Source of the DNA: a virus
Virus record (IMG/VR): IMGVR_UViG_3300045988_100671
Length of the DNA: 52,220 bases
Strand: one strand, 5' to 3'
Shown here: positions 7,529-13,760 of the stretch, in pieces
Position numbering within the stretch: the first letter of the stretch is position 1
Layout of the letters: every line of letters starts with the position of its first letter
Notes under the pieces: model-generated
What the model was told of the DNA's origin: nothing
Databases searched by the model: none
The model's input: the letters and a program-made list of their open reading frames with translations, nothing else
Made by a program: the position numbers and the translations under genes

Positions 7529-8572
7529 CAAATCATCGAGTTTTTTGACCGCTTCCGGCACCGTGGAGGGGTATAGATGGCCGTATGTTCGGAGGGTGGT
7601 TTGGACGTCCTCATGGCCCAGGCGCTCGCTCACAAGTAGGACCGGGCAGCCCAGGTGGATGAGGAGCGAGGCGTGGGAGTGCCGGAGATCGTGGAGCCGG
7701 ATGCGCTCCACCCCGGCGGCCTCCGCTGCCTTCAACATCTCCCGGCGGAAGTAATGCTTCGTGAATGGGAACAGCCGGTCATCCGGTCCGACGTCGTAGA
7801 GCGCTGCCATGTACTCCCGCAGCTCTGCCGCCAGCTTCGAGGGCACCGGAACCACCCGGCGGCTCTTTGGCGTCTTCGGCTCCGTGATGACCTCCTCGCC
7901 GTCGATGCTCTGGAAGGACTTCGAGACGGACAGCGTCCCGGCGTCCAGGTCCAGGTCCCTCGGCGTGAGGGCCAGCAGCTCGCCTATCCGCAGGCCGGTC
8001 CAGAACAGCACCGACAGCCCGGTCCGGGCCGGGAGCTTGCGGACCTTCTCATGGACGGCCGTGAACTGCTCGACGGTCCAGAAGTTCATCTCGTCCGCGT
8101 TTTTCTTCCCGACGCCACCGGCCAGGCGGGCCGGATTGACTTGGAGGCCGTAGTAGCGGACGGCGTAGTTGAAGATGGCGCTGATCTGATTGTTGATGGT
8201 CTTGATGTAGGTTGGGGCCAGACCTTCGGCCAGAAGGTCGGACTGCCACTTGCGGACGTGCGCCGGGGTAATCTCGTTGAGCGGCAGTTCCCGGAAGAAC
8301 GGCAGGATCTTCGCATCCACCAGGTACCGCTTGTTCTTGAGAGTGTTCGCCTTGAGGCGGCCCTTCATGTCGTCGAAGTATATCTCGACCATGGACCCGA
8401 AGGCCATGTCGCAGCTCCGGGCCTTCGTTCGGAGAAATTCCTCCTCGAAGGCCTTTGCGTCCTTCTGGCGCAGGAAGCCCCGCTTCTTCTTGAGGCGGCG
8501 GCGCCCCTGCCAGTCCGTGTAGTAAAACGATGCGTACCAGGTGCCCCGTTCCTTGTCTTTGTAGGTGGGCAT
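7520..8572 (-). CDS. int: Tyrosine recombinase / phage integrase
   Basis: Start MPTYKDKERGTWY with RBS gggagg (the track ORF extends 44 codons further upstream). Arm-binding-type N-terminus. C-terminal catalytic region RIRLHDLRHSHASLL...GHEDVQTTLRTYGHLY. Confidence 0.92.
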   Translation of the reverse strand: MPTYKDKERGTWYASFYYTDWQGRRRLKKKRGFLRQKDAKAFEEEFLRTKARSCDMAFGSMVEIYFDDMKGRLKANTLKNKRYLVDAKILPFFRELPLNEITPAHVRKWQSDLLAEGLAPTYIKTINNQISAIFNYAVRYYGLQVNPARLAGGVGKKNADEMNFWTVEQFTAVHEKVRKLPARTGLSVLFWTGLRIGELLALTPRDLDLDAGTLSVSKSFQSIDGEEVITEPKTPKSRRVVPVPSKLAAELREYMAALYDVGPDDRLFPFTKHYFRREMLKAAEAAGVERIRLHDLRHSHASLLIHLGCPVLLVSERLGHEDVQTTLRTYGHLYPSTVPEAVKKLDDLMP

Positions 8573-8576
8573 TTGG

Positions 8577-9050
8577 CTATTCCTCCCTCTCTGGAGGGCG
8601 GTCCCGATTGAAGACGTCCTCCGCCCATTGGTGGAAGACCTGATAACCGGGCAGCTCTGGCGAACCTTCTTCCGGTACATCCGGGAGGGTACATCCAGAG
8701 CCATATTTGGTCCTATGTGCCGGGATTGTGATTAGGCATAAAGGGGGCCGGTGGTTCTTCCTAACGTGGTCAATGTAAAATTTCGCATCCGACAGAGATA
8801 GGCACTTGCCGGAAACTTTGGAGCATAGCTCGCACGGCTCTACGCCAGCAGCCGGAACAAATCGGACTGTCCCGACATCGTAATCTCCCCACCGTTCCAT
8901 TGGAACCTTCATCAACTCATCGAACGACAACGGCTTTCTTTGCTGGTATGTATCTTGCATTTCTTTGATTTTTCCAGACAGCTCACTGTCGTTCATTTCG
9001 TTCAGGTCCTTCCCGAGGATAGAACGCAGAATCTTTTTCATTTCCAGCAA
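8577..9050 (-). CDS. Hypothetical protein (lower-GC gene in lysogeny module)
   Basis: ORF 8577-9092. The likely start is TTG 9050, 8 nt after gggag; ATG 9041 is an alternative. No recognisable domain. The 5' two-thirds is visibly AT-richer than the genome. Confidence 0.55.
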   Translation of the reverse strand: MLEMKKILRSILGKDLNEMNDSELSGKIKEMQDTYQQRKPLSFDELMKVPMERWGDYDVGTVRFVPAAGVEPCELCSKVSGKCLSLSDAKFYIDHVRKNHRPPLCLITIPAHRTKYGSGCTLPDVPEEGSPELPGYQVFHQWAEDVFNRDRPPEREE

Positions 9051-9155
9051 AATGGTCACTCCCTTCTCAAGTATGTGTAAATCATGCCACACGCGGCCCA
9101 GGAGCGCCCAGGAGCGCGTTTCCTGGCCCTATGAATATACCGGGACCCCTGGAGC

Positions 9156-9431
9156 CTAACGCGGCTCCGAGGGGCAAATACGGGCCTCTGCCCGCAAGTG
9201 CCCCGGAACATCCTTCAACCGGACGCCCTCCGACGCCTGGTAGGCTAAGATCAGATCAGCGACACGGGAGCTGGCCTGCGGATCGCCAGCATCGACGGCC
9301 GCCTGGTAGTCCCGCTGGAGATCGGCCAGGTATGCAGCCCTCTCCCTGGCGCAGCGTGGGCACAGCCCGGAGACCAGGTCTGCACAGTTCATAAGGGAGC
9401 CGCAGCTCCGACAGGTCTTGTAGCCAAGCAT
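9156..9431 (-). CDS. Small zinc-ribbon protein (CxxC...CxxC)
   Basis: RBS aggag 8 nt upstream. CRSCGS...CPRC motif. Confidence 0.6.
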   Translation of the reverse strand: MLGYKTCRSCGSLMNCADLVSGLCPRCARERAAYLADLQRDYQAAVDAGDPQASSRVADLILAYQASEGVRLKDVPGHLRAEARICPSEPR

Positions 9432-9525
9432 CTCATTCGCTCCTCTCTCGCGCGCGCGTGCGCGTAGTCACCATGAACATAATAGTTTATATAATACGTT
9501 TATAAGAATACACGTTTATATTATG

Positions 9526-9543
9526 TGGTCAAAAATTAACCGG
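9526..9543 (+). repeat. 18-bp direct repeat tggtcaaaaattaaccgg (iteron-like)
   Basis: Repeated 17/18 at 9585-9602. ACCGGT-type cores also lie at 9539-9544 and 9566-9571. Confidence 0.7.
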
Positions 9544-9584
9544 TAAATATTCCGGTCTATTTTTAACCGGTATTTTCTTCTTTC

Positions 9585-9602
9585 TGGTCAAAAATCAACC
9601 GG
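9585..9602 (+). repeat. 18-bp direct repeat tggtcaaaaatcaaccgg (iteron-like)
   Basis: Partner of 9526-9543, with 59-bp spacing. Confidence 0.7.
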
Positions 9603-9623
9603 AAAGAAAACCGCTTAGATTTC

Positions 9624-9636
9624 GTGGCATTAAAAC
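9624..9636 (+). repeat. gtggcattaaaac motif, copy 1
   Basis: Exact 13-mer also at 21216-21228. Shares gtggcatta with the att-region repeats. Confidence 0.6.
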
Positions 9637-9642
9637 CACACA

Positions 9643-9663
9643 ATTTCCACAGAGTTTTCCACA
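9643..9663 (+). promoter_or_regulatory. Two DnaA-box-like 9-mers one helical turn apart
   Basis: atttccaca (9643-9651) and ttttccaca (9655-9663) against the DnaA box consensus TTATNCACA. They lie next to an AT-rich stretch. Confidence 0.35.
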
Positions 9664-9691
9664 TCCTATCTGGGTCGGAAGTCCACCCAGA

Positions 9692-10075
9692 TCACCCGGC
9701 CCTCCCGGCGGAGGACCCGGCTGCCTCGCTGCCCCCTTTGACCTCGCTGGAGACTGGCGAGGTCATCTCCTGGAGGCGGCCGAGCAAGAGCAGCTGCTCA
9801 CGCTCCGGTAGCTGCTCATAGAGCTCCAGCATCTCGCGCCCGTTCTCGGACATCCCGGGGGCGGGCGCTTTTTCTGTTTCCTGGCCGGTGAGCAGGTACT
9901 CCAGGGAGCAGCCCAGATATTCACAAATGGGGACTATATACTTCGCAGGTGGGTCAGTGTTTCTCAACTTCCAGTTGGAAGTGGTGCTGGTTCCGAGGCC
10001 AAGAGCCTGGCAAAGCCCGTAAGCTGTTAGGCCCCTCTTATCAAGTTCATCAAACATTCTCTCGCCTATTGTCAT
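9692..10075 (-). CDS. XRE-family HTH repressor (cI-like)
   Basis: RBS ggaggtgg. HTH LTAYGLCQALGLGTSTTSNWKLRN. Divergent from the early operon. Confidence 0.85.
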   Translation of the reverse strand: MTIGERMFDELDKRGLTAYGLCQALGLGTSTTSNWKLRNTDPPAKYIVPICEYLGCSLEYLLTGQETEKAPAPGMSENGREMLELYEQLPEREQLLLLGRLQEMTSPVSSEVKGGSEAAGSSAGRAG

Positions 10076-10107
10076 TAGACCACCTCCAAGTGGTATACAG
10101 AATACCC

Positions 10108-10128
10108 AAAAAGTTAGGTAAACTTTTT
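10108..10128. promoter_or_regulatory. Inverted repeat aaaaagtt-N5-aacttttt upstream of the early promoter (operator or UP-element-like)
   Basis: 8-bp arms with a 5-bp spacer, 22 nt upstream of the -35. A similar element lies at 28661-28678. Confidence 0.4.
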
Positions 10129-10150
10129 CTTCGTTTGTGTGCTAAAACGC

Positions 10151-10179
10151 TTGCAATTAGTCCCAAGGTGAAGTATAAT
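10151..10179 (+). promoter_or_regulatory. Early (PR-like) sigma-A promoter
   Basis: TTGCAA (10151-10156), 17-nt spacer, TATAAT (10174-10179). Faces the early operon. Confidence 0.7.
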
Positions 10180-10184
10180 ATAAT

Positions 10185-10202
10185 CAAGCCAAAGGAATAA
10201 GG
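10185..10202 (+). repeat. 18-nt direct repeat caagccaaaggaataagg, copy 1
   Basis: Exact copy at 12602-12619. Confidence 0.8.
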
Positions 10203-10574
10203 TAAAACCCCAAAGCAAACGGCCCGAGGCACCGGGCCGGAGGATAAAACAGGAAGCGGCAGTGAAAGCCGGGTCGTAAGCGGGCATCGCCCGGGGCTCG
10301 ATCGGCAGGCGGTAACGGCGGTACGAACGGCAACCTCCGGCCCACCAATCAGAAACCCAAACATCCCCGACAACTGAACACCGCCTGGGACGGCTCAAGA
10401 AGAAGCTGGGAGAGAGAGCCGCTAAGATGCTACCCGATCAAGCCAAGCATACCAGGTCGAAAGCAGAAATGGGCTGGAACCGTAAATTCGGGGGACCCAG
10501 ATGAGCCGTGGAAGCCGGACGAGTACGCAGAGGATGAACGGAAGTTACCGCATAAGTGAGAGCGGGAGGGGATC

Positions 10575-10590
10575 GCCGGGTGCAACCGGC
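10575..10590 (+). promoter_or_regulatory. GUGCAA-loop stem-loop, copy A
   Basis: gccgg-gtgcaa-ccggc, 17 nt upstream of ATG 10608. Confidence 0.6.
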
Positions 10591-10607
10591 AGAAAGGAAA
10601 GCTGACT

Positions 10608-11162
10608 ATGGATACAAACATGACCACCAAAGGCCAGGAGCGCGAAGCTCTGGCGAAGATCAGGGCGATCGTTGAGGCCCTGGGTCAGGACAGCTACATC
10701 GGAACCGCCCTGGAAGGGTGCCTGGAGATCGCCGAGGAGAACATCGAGAACGACTTCGCTTGCTCCATGAAGCAGCGGGTGGAGGCGTCGGTGGTCGAGA
10801 ACTCCAGACTGAAAGAGAAGATCGCGGAGCTGGAGAGCAAGCTCGCCGAGAGCGAAAAGGACTACGAGGTAGCACACGAGGCCGCGCTCCTGATGGCGGA
10901 GGAGAAGAACGCCGAGATCGCCCGCCTCCAGTCCATGGTCATCTCCCCTGACGACATGACGGATATTAAGCAGCTCGTGAAGGACCGGATGGCCGAGGAT
11001 GAGATGAAGGCCACCCAGGCCGCCGCCGAGATCGTCGAGCACGCCGAAGCCCCTGCATCCAACGAGTTCCAGAATGCCGTGAGGATGCACCGGGCGTACA
11101 TCGCATCTGTCGATTACACCAAGAGCTTGATGGACCGGCTCCAGAAGGCTTCCACCAACTAA
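10608..11162 (+). CDS. Hypothetical coiled-coil protein
   Basis: 184-aa ORF, first gene of the early operon, with a coiled-coil-like acidic sequence. Confidence 0.7.
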   Translation: MDTNMTTKGQEREALAKIRAIVEALGQDSYIGTALEGCLEIAEENIENDFACSMKQRVEASVVENSRLKEKIAELESKLAESEKDYEVAHEAALLMAEEKNAEIARLQSMVISPDDMTDIKQLVKDRMAEDEMKATQAAAEIVEHAEAPASNEFQNAVRMHRAYIASVDYTKSLMDRLQKASTN

Positions 11163-11172
11163 CTCGTTACCT

Positions 11173-11198
11173 CCCGCCCCCGGTGCAACGGGGGCGGG
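11173..11198 (+). promoter_or_regulatory. GUGCAA-loop stem-loop, copy B
   Basis: cccgcccccg-gtgcaa-cgggggcggg (10-bp stem), intergenic. Followed by gaaaggagataactaaccATG. Confidence 0.65.
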
Positions 11199-11219
11199 GA
11201 AGAAAGGAGATAACTAACC

Positions 11220-11498
11220 ATGAACATCCCCGACATCAAGGCAATCCGCCGATGGTCCGACGATTCCGTCCAGGCTGCTTGCATCAAGAACAACCTCTAT
11301 ACCCGCGGCACCTACGATCAGTACGACAAGATGCTCAAGAGTGCGGACGTGCTCCAGCCCACCGTCGAGAACCTGTACCGGCTGGCCAAGGACATCAAGG
11401 AGCACAGCGAGGACCAGACGATCACCAACGTCATGTTCATCCTGGAGCGCGAGGCCGTCACCACCACATTCGAGATCGACGGCAGCGACGAGATTTGA
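11220..11498 (+). CDS. Hypothetical protein
   Basis: RBS aaaggag. 92 aa. Confidence 0.7.
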   Translation: MNIPDIKAIRRWSDDSVQAACIKNNLYTRGTYDQYDKMLKSADVLQPTVENLYRLAKDIKEHSEDQTITNVMFILEREAVTTTFEIDGSDEI

Positions 11499-11510
11499 GG
11501 AGGTGCGAGC

Positions 11511-11642
11511 ATGAGCTACATGGGCATGAACATCCTGGAGTACATCGACTGGCTGATGGACCAGGGCATGAGCGAGGAAGACGCCGAGCGCGAGGCCTCC
11601 GCAGCCTTCGGCCTCTATGAGGAGGAGGACAGCGGATTATGA
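11511..11642 (+). CDS. Small hypothetical protein (43 aa, not in ORF track)
   Basis: RBS gaggagg 6 nt upstream of ATG 11511. Product MSYMGMNILEYIDWLMDQGMSEEDAEREASAAFGLYEEEDSGL. The stop overlaps the next start (ATGA). Confidence 0.55.
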   Translation: MSYMGMNILEYIDWLMDQGMSEEDAEREASAAFGLYEEEDSGL

Positions 11643-11875
11643 GAGATTGGAGAAGCCTCACCCCGGAGGAGCGCAAGGCGGAACGGGACAAGGTCCCCGG
11701 AGAGTACGCCAGAAAGCAGCGCATGGACGCCAACCTGGCTGCGACGCTGGACCTGCTCAAGGATGACCAGTTCGCCCAGGCAAAAGCCTGGAAGGTGTCC
11801 CGGGGCAGCTACCTCATCAACACCCCGGAGGAGATCGCCGCCCACTGCCGGGCGGCGGCCCACGGGAAGGACTGA
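11639..11875 (+). CDS. Hypothetical protein
   Basis: 78 aa, translationally coupled to the upstream small ORF. Confidence 0.65.
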   Translation: MRDWRSLTPEERKAERDKVPGEYARKQRMDANLAATLDLLKDDQFAQAKAWKVSRGSYLINTPEEIAAHCRAAAHGKD

Positions 11876-11877
11876 AC

Positions 11878-11895
11878 CCGCCGGTGCAACGGCGG
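11878..11895 (+). promoter_or_regulatory. GUGCAA-loop stem-loop, copy C
   Basis: ccgccg-gtgcaa-cggcgg, intergenic. Followed by ccaaatgcgaaaggagctaaccATG. Confidence 0.65.
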
Positions 11896-11917
11896 CCAAA
11901 TGCGAAAGGAGCTAACC

Positions 11918-12367
11918 ATGAAATTCCTCGAAACCAGAACCGAGATCGCCAAGGCGATCAACTTCAAGCAGTACCCAATCATCCGCATCGACGTAAGCAA
12001 GACCGACGACTACGGGATCGTCGGCACCCACGTCCTCATCGACAACGGAACCTTCCGCACCGGCGAGCCCTACTTCGTCAGGGCCACCATCCGGGCCTTC
12101 CGCGACGAGGGCTACTTGAAGTTCAAGAGCTACGGCTCCTGCCTGCACGCCGACTTCACCTACTTCGACATGGAGAAGATGCTCGACTACGCCAACGTCC
12201 CCGTCGTCAAGCCTGACCAGGAAATCCTGGTGTGCCTGGTGGACAGCGTGAAGCGCCTGGTCTACAAGCCGGTGGTGCTCAAGACCGGCGATCGGGTGGA
12301 CCCGCACTGTCAGACCCCCTTGACCCTGGAGAAATTCATGGTCCCTGGTATGGAGGCTGGAGCATGA
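11918..12367 (+). CDS. Hypothetical protein
   Basis: ATG 11918, 6 nt after aaaggag. The track ORF opens at 11900. Confidence 0.7.
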   Translation: MKFLETRTEIAKAINFKQYPIIRIDVSKTDDYGIVGTHVLIDNGTFRTGEPYFVRATIRAFRDEGYLKFKSYGSCLHADFTYFDMEKMLDYANVPVVKPDQEILVCLVDSVKRLVYKPVVLKTGDRVDPHCQTPLTLEKFMVPGMEAGA

Positions 12368-12576
12368 GCACGATGACCCTCTGGCTCAAAGGCCGAGACA
12401 GTTGGGACCGCCCGGTCTATATGGACACGACCGGGCGGCTCCTGGTGGACGTAGACCCCAGGAAGAACCGGGAGCCGGACATCTGCACCAAGCAGGGGAA
12501 CGACTTCGACGGAGAGCCGTGCGACCCGGTGCAGGCGGACTTCATCTTCCTACCGTATCGAGACACCTGGTATTAG
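12364..12576 (+). CDS. Hypothetical protein
   Basis: ATG 12364 overlaps the previous stop (ATGA). 70 aa. Confidence 0.6.
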   Translation: MSTMTLWLKGRDSWDRPVYMDTTGRLLVDVDPRKNREPDICTKQGNDFDGEPCDPVQADFIFLPYRDTWY

Positions 12577-12601
12577 TATAGCACACAACAAGCCAAAAGC
12601 A

Positions 12602-12619
12602 CAAGCCAAAGGAATAAGG
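12602..12619 (+). repeat. 18-nt direct repeat caagccaaaggaataagg, copy 2
   Basis: Exact copy of 10185-10202. Here it supplies the RBS of the HTH gene. Confidence 0.8.
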
Positions 12620-12629
12620 AGTGATTACC

Positions 12630-12851
12630 ATGAGGACTACCCGAGTAAAGCCCAAGACCGACTTCGGCATCGAAGTCCGGGTCTTCACGGCACAGACCGG
12701 AATGACCGTGAAAGAGCTGGCGGAGCGGTCCGGTGTCAAATACACCACCCTGGTCGAGACCACGACCGGCCGGTGCGCCGGGCACCAGCTCATCCCCACC
12801 GTCCGCAAGTTCATGCAGGACTACACGGAACGCATGAGAATGGAGGCGTGA
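12630..12851 (+). CDS. Small HTH DNA-binding protein (Cro-like candidate)
   Basis: aaggag 9 nt upstream of ATG 12630. HTH TGMTVKELAERSGVKYTTLVE. Confidence 0.7.
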   Translation: MRTTRVKPKTDFGIEVRVFTAQTGMTVKELAERSGVKYTTLVETTTGRCAGHQLIPTVRKFMQDYTERMRMEA

Positions 12852-12853
12852 GT

Positions 12854-13054
12854 ATGGCGAAGGTTAAGACTGCACGCGATCTGTTCTACCGCGTCGATGA
12901 TGTGATGCGGCTGCTGGGCTACTCCCGCAGCAAGAGCTACAAGATCATCGCCCAGCTCAACCGGGAGCTGGAGGCCGCCGGGTTCTGCACCTGCGACGGC
13001 CGGGTGAGCCGCCGGTACTTCGATAAGCGCTACGGCCTGGAGGCCATGGCGTAA
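12854..13054 (+). CDS. Excisionase/MerR-type HTH protein (putative Xis or regulator)
   Basis: ggagg upstream of ATG 12854. VDDVMRLLGYSRSKSYKIIAQLNREL...GRVSRRYFDKRYGL resembles excisionase-family DNA-binding domains. Confidence 0.6.
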   Translation: MAKVKTARDLFYRVDDVMRLLGYSRSKSYKIIAQLNRELEAAGFCTCDGRVSRRYFDKRYGLEAMA

Positions 13055-13064
13055 GGAGGGCATC

Positions 13065-13433
13065 ATGGAGACGAAAGAACTGACCATCAAGATCAAGCCC
13101 GAGGAGAGGGCGAAGGCCAAGCGGAAGGCCTGGGAGCTCAAGGTGTACGCGAGAATGTCTGTCCTGGCCCTGGCCGCTATGGCAACGGCAAGGCTGGTGC
13201 TGCTGACCATCGACATCGTCCAGCTTCGCGCCGGTACCGTCGGCGGAGAAATCTGCATCCCGGCCTATGCCGCGATCTTCATCTACACCGGCTGGAAGCT
13301 CAAGAGCTGGACGGCTGGAACCAGAAAGGGGAAACGAGAATGTACTACCACGAATGCGACCGCTGCGGGAGCCGCCTGGACCCGGGAGAGGTTTGCGACT
13401 GCGCCCAGCAAGAGAACCAAGCGCGGCGCGTGA
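13065..13433 (+). CDS. Membrane protein (two TM helices)
   Basis: 122-aa ORF. The 3' 94 nt overlap the next gene, so the true end or function is uncertain. Confidence 0.5.
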   Translation: METKELTIKIKPEERAKAKRKAWELKVYARMSVLALAAMATARLVLLTIDIVQLRAGTVGGEICIPAYAAIFIYTGWKLKSWTAGTRKGKRECTTTNATAAGAAWTRERFATAPSKRTKRGA

Positions 13434-13717
13434 GCATGGCCGACTGGAGCGCGGTCGGAGACTTTGAGAAGGCTGCGAAGCCTGGGGACCTGGTGGACGA
13501 GGAGATCGTCGAGGAGTTCGTCAACTGCCTCCCGCCGACCACGCTGCGCGGCGATCTGGTCCAGGCTGGTGAGCCCTATTCCCACCAGTACGACCCGGAG
13601 GCAGACCGATGGAGGGCTACCTACACCACCTTTGCGAAGGTGGATGGAGAGTGGACCTACTGCGGCAAGTGCTTCGTAGGCAAGACCAAGGAGCCCAAGG
13701 GGCTCCCCAAAGCGTAA
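13340..13717 (+). CDS. Hypothetical protein with N-terminal zinc ribbon
   Basis: MYYHECDRCGSRLDPGEVCDC, with a second C..C pair near the C-terminus. RBS aaagggga. Confidence 0.6.
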   Translation: MYYHECDRCGSRLDPGEVCDCAQQENQARRVSMADWSAVGDFEKAAKPGDLVDEEIVEEFVNCLPPTTLRGDLVQAGEPYSHQYDPEADRWRATYTTFAKVDGEWTYCGKCFVGKTKEPKGLPKA

Positions 13718-13719
13718 AG

Positions 13720-13735
13720 AGCGGGTGCAACCGCT
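13720..13735 (+). promoter_or_regulatory. GUGCAA-loop stem-loop, copy D
   Basis: agcgg-gtgcaa-ccgct, intergenic. Followed by accagacgaaaggagataactgactATG. Confidence 0.65.
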
Positions 13736-13760
13736 ACCAGACGAAAGGAGATAACTGACT

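Noticed and set aside
7311-7754. ORF 7311-7754 spanning the att region and the integrase 3' end.
   Set aside because: It starts inside a repeat, has no RBS, crosses a strong terminator hairpin, and is antisense to the integrase.
9449-9464. Alternating CG tract cgcgcgcgcgtgcgcg as a distinct functional element (Z-DNA).
   Set aside because: It is short and sits just upstream of the RBS of gene 9156-9431. There is no independent support, so it is mentioned only as part of the AT-rich control region.
10180-10607. Leader as a known riboswitch, RNase P, tmRNA or group I/II intron.
   Set aside because: I could not find the conserved core sequences of any of these classes, for example the RNase P GGAAAGUCCGG box, a tmRNA tag ORF, or intron domain V. 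It is left as an unclassified candidate structured RNA.
12547-12582. Second early promoter upstream of the Cro-like gene (tgg-tattag / tagtat).
   Set aside because: The -10 candidates match only 4/6, there is no credible -35, and the region lies within the 3' end of CDS 12364-12576. Not strong enough to annotate as a feature.
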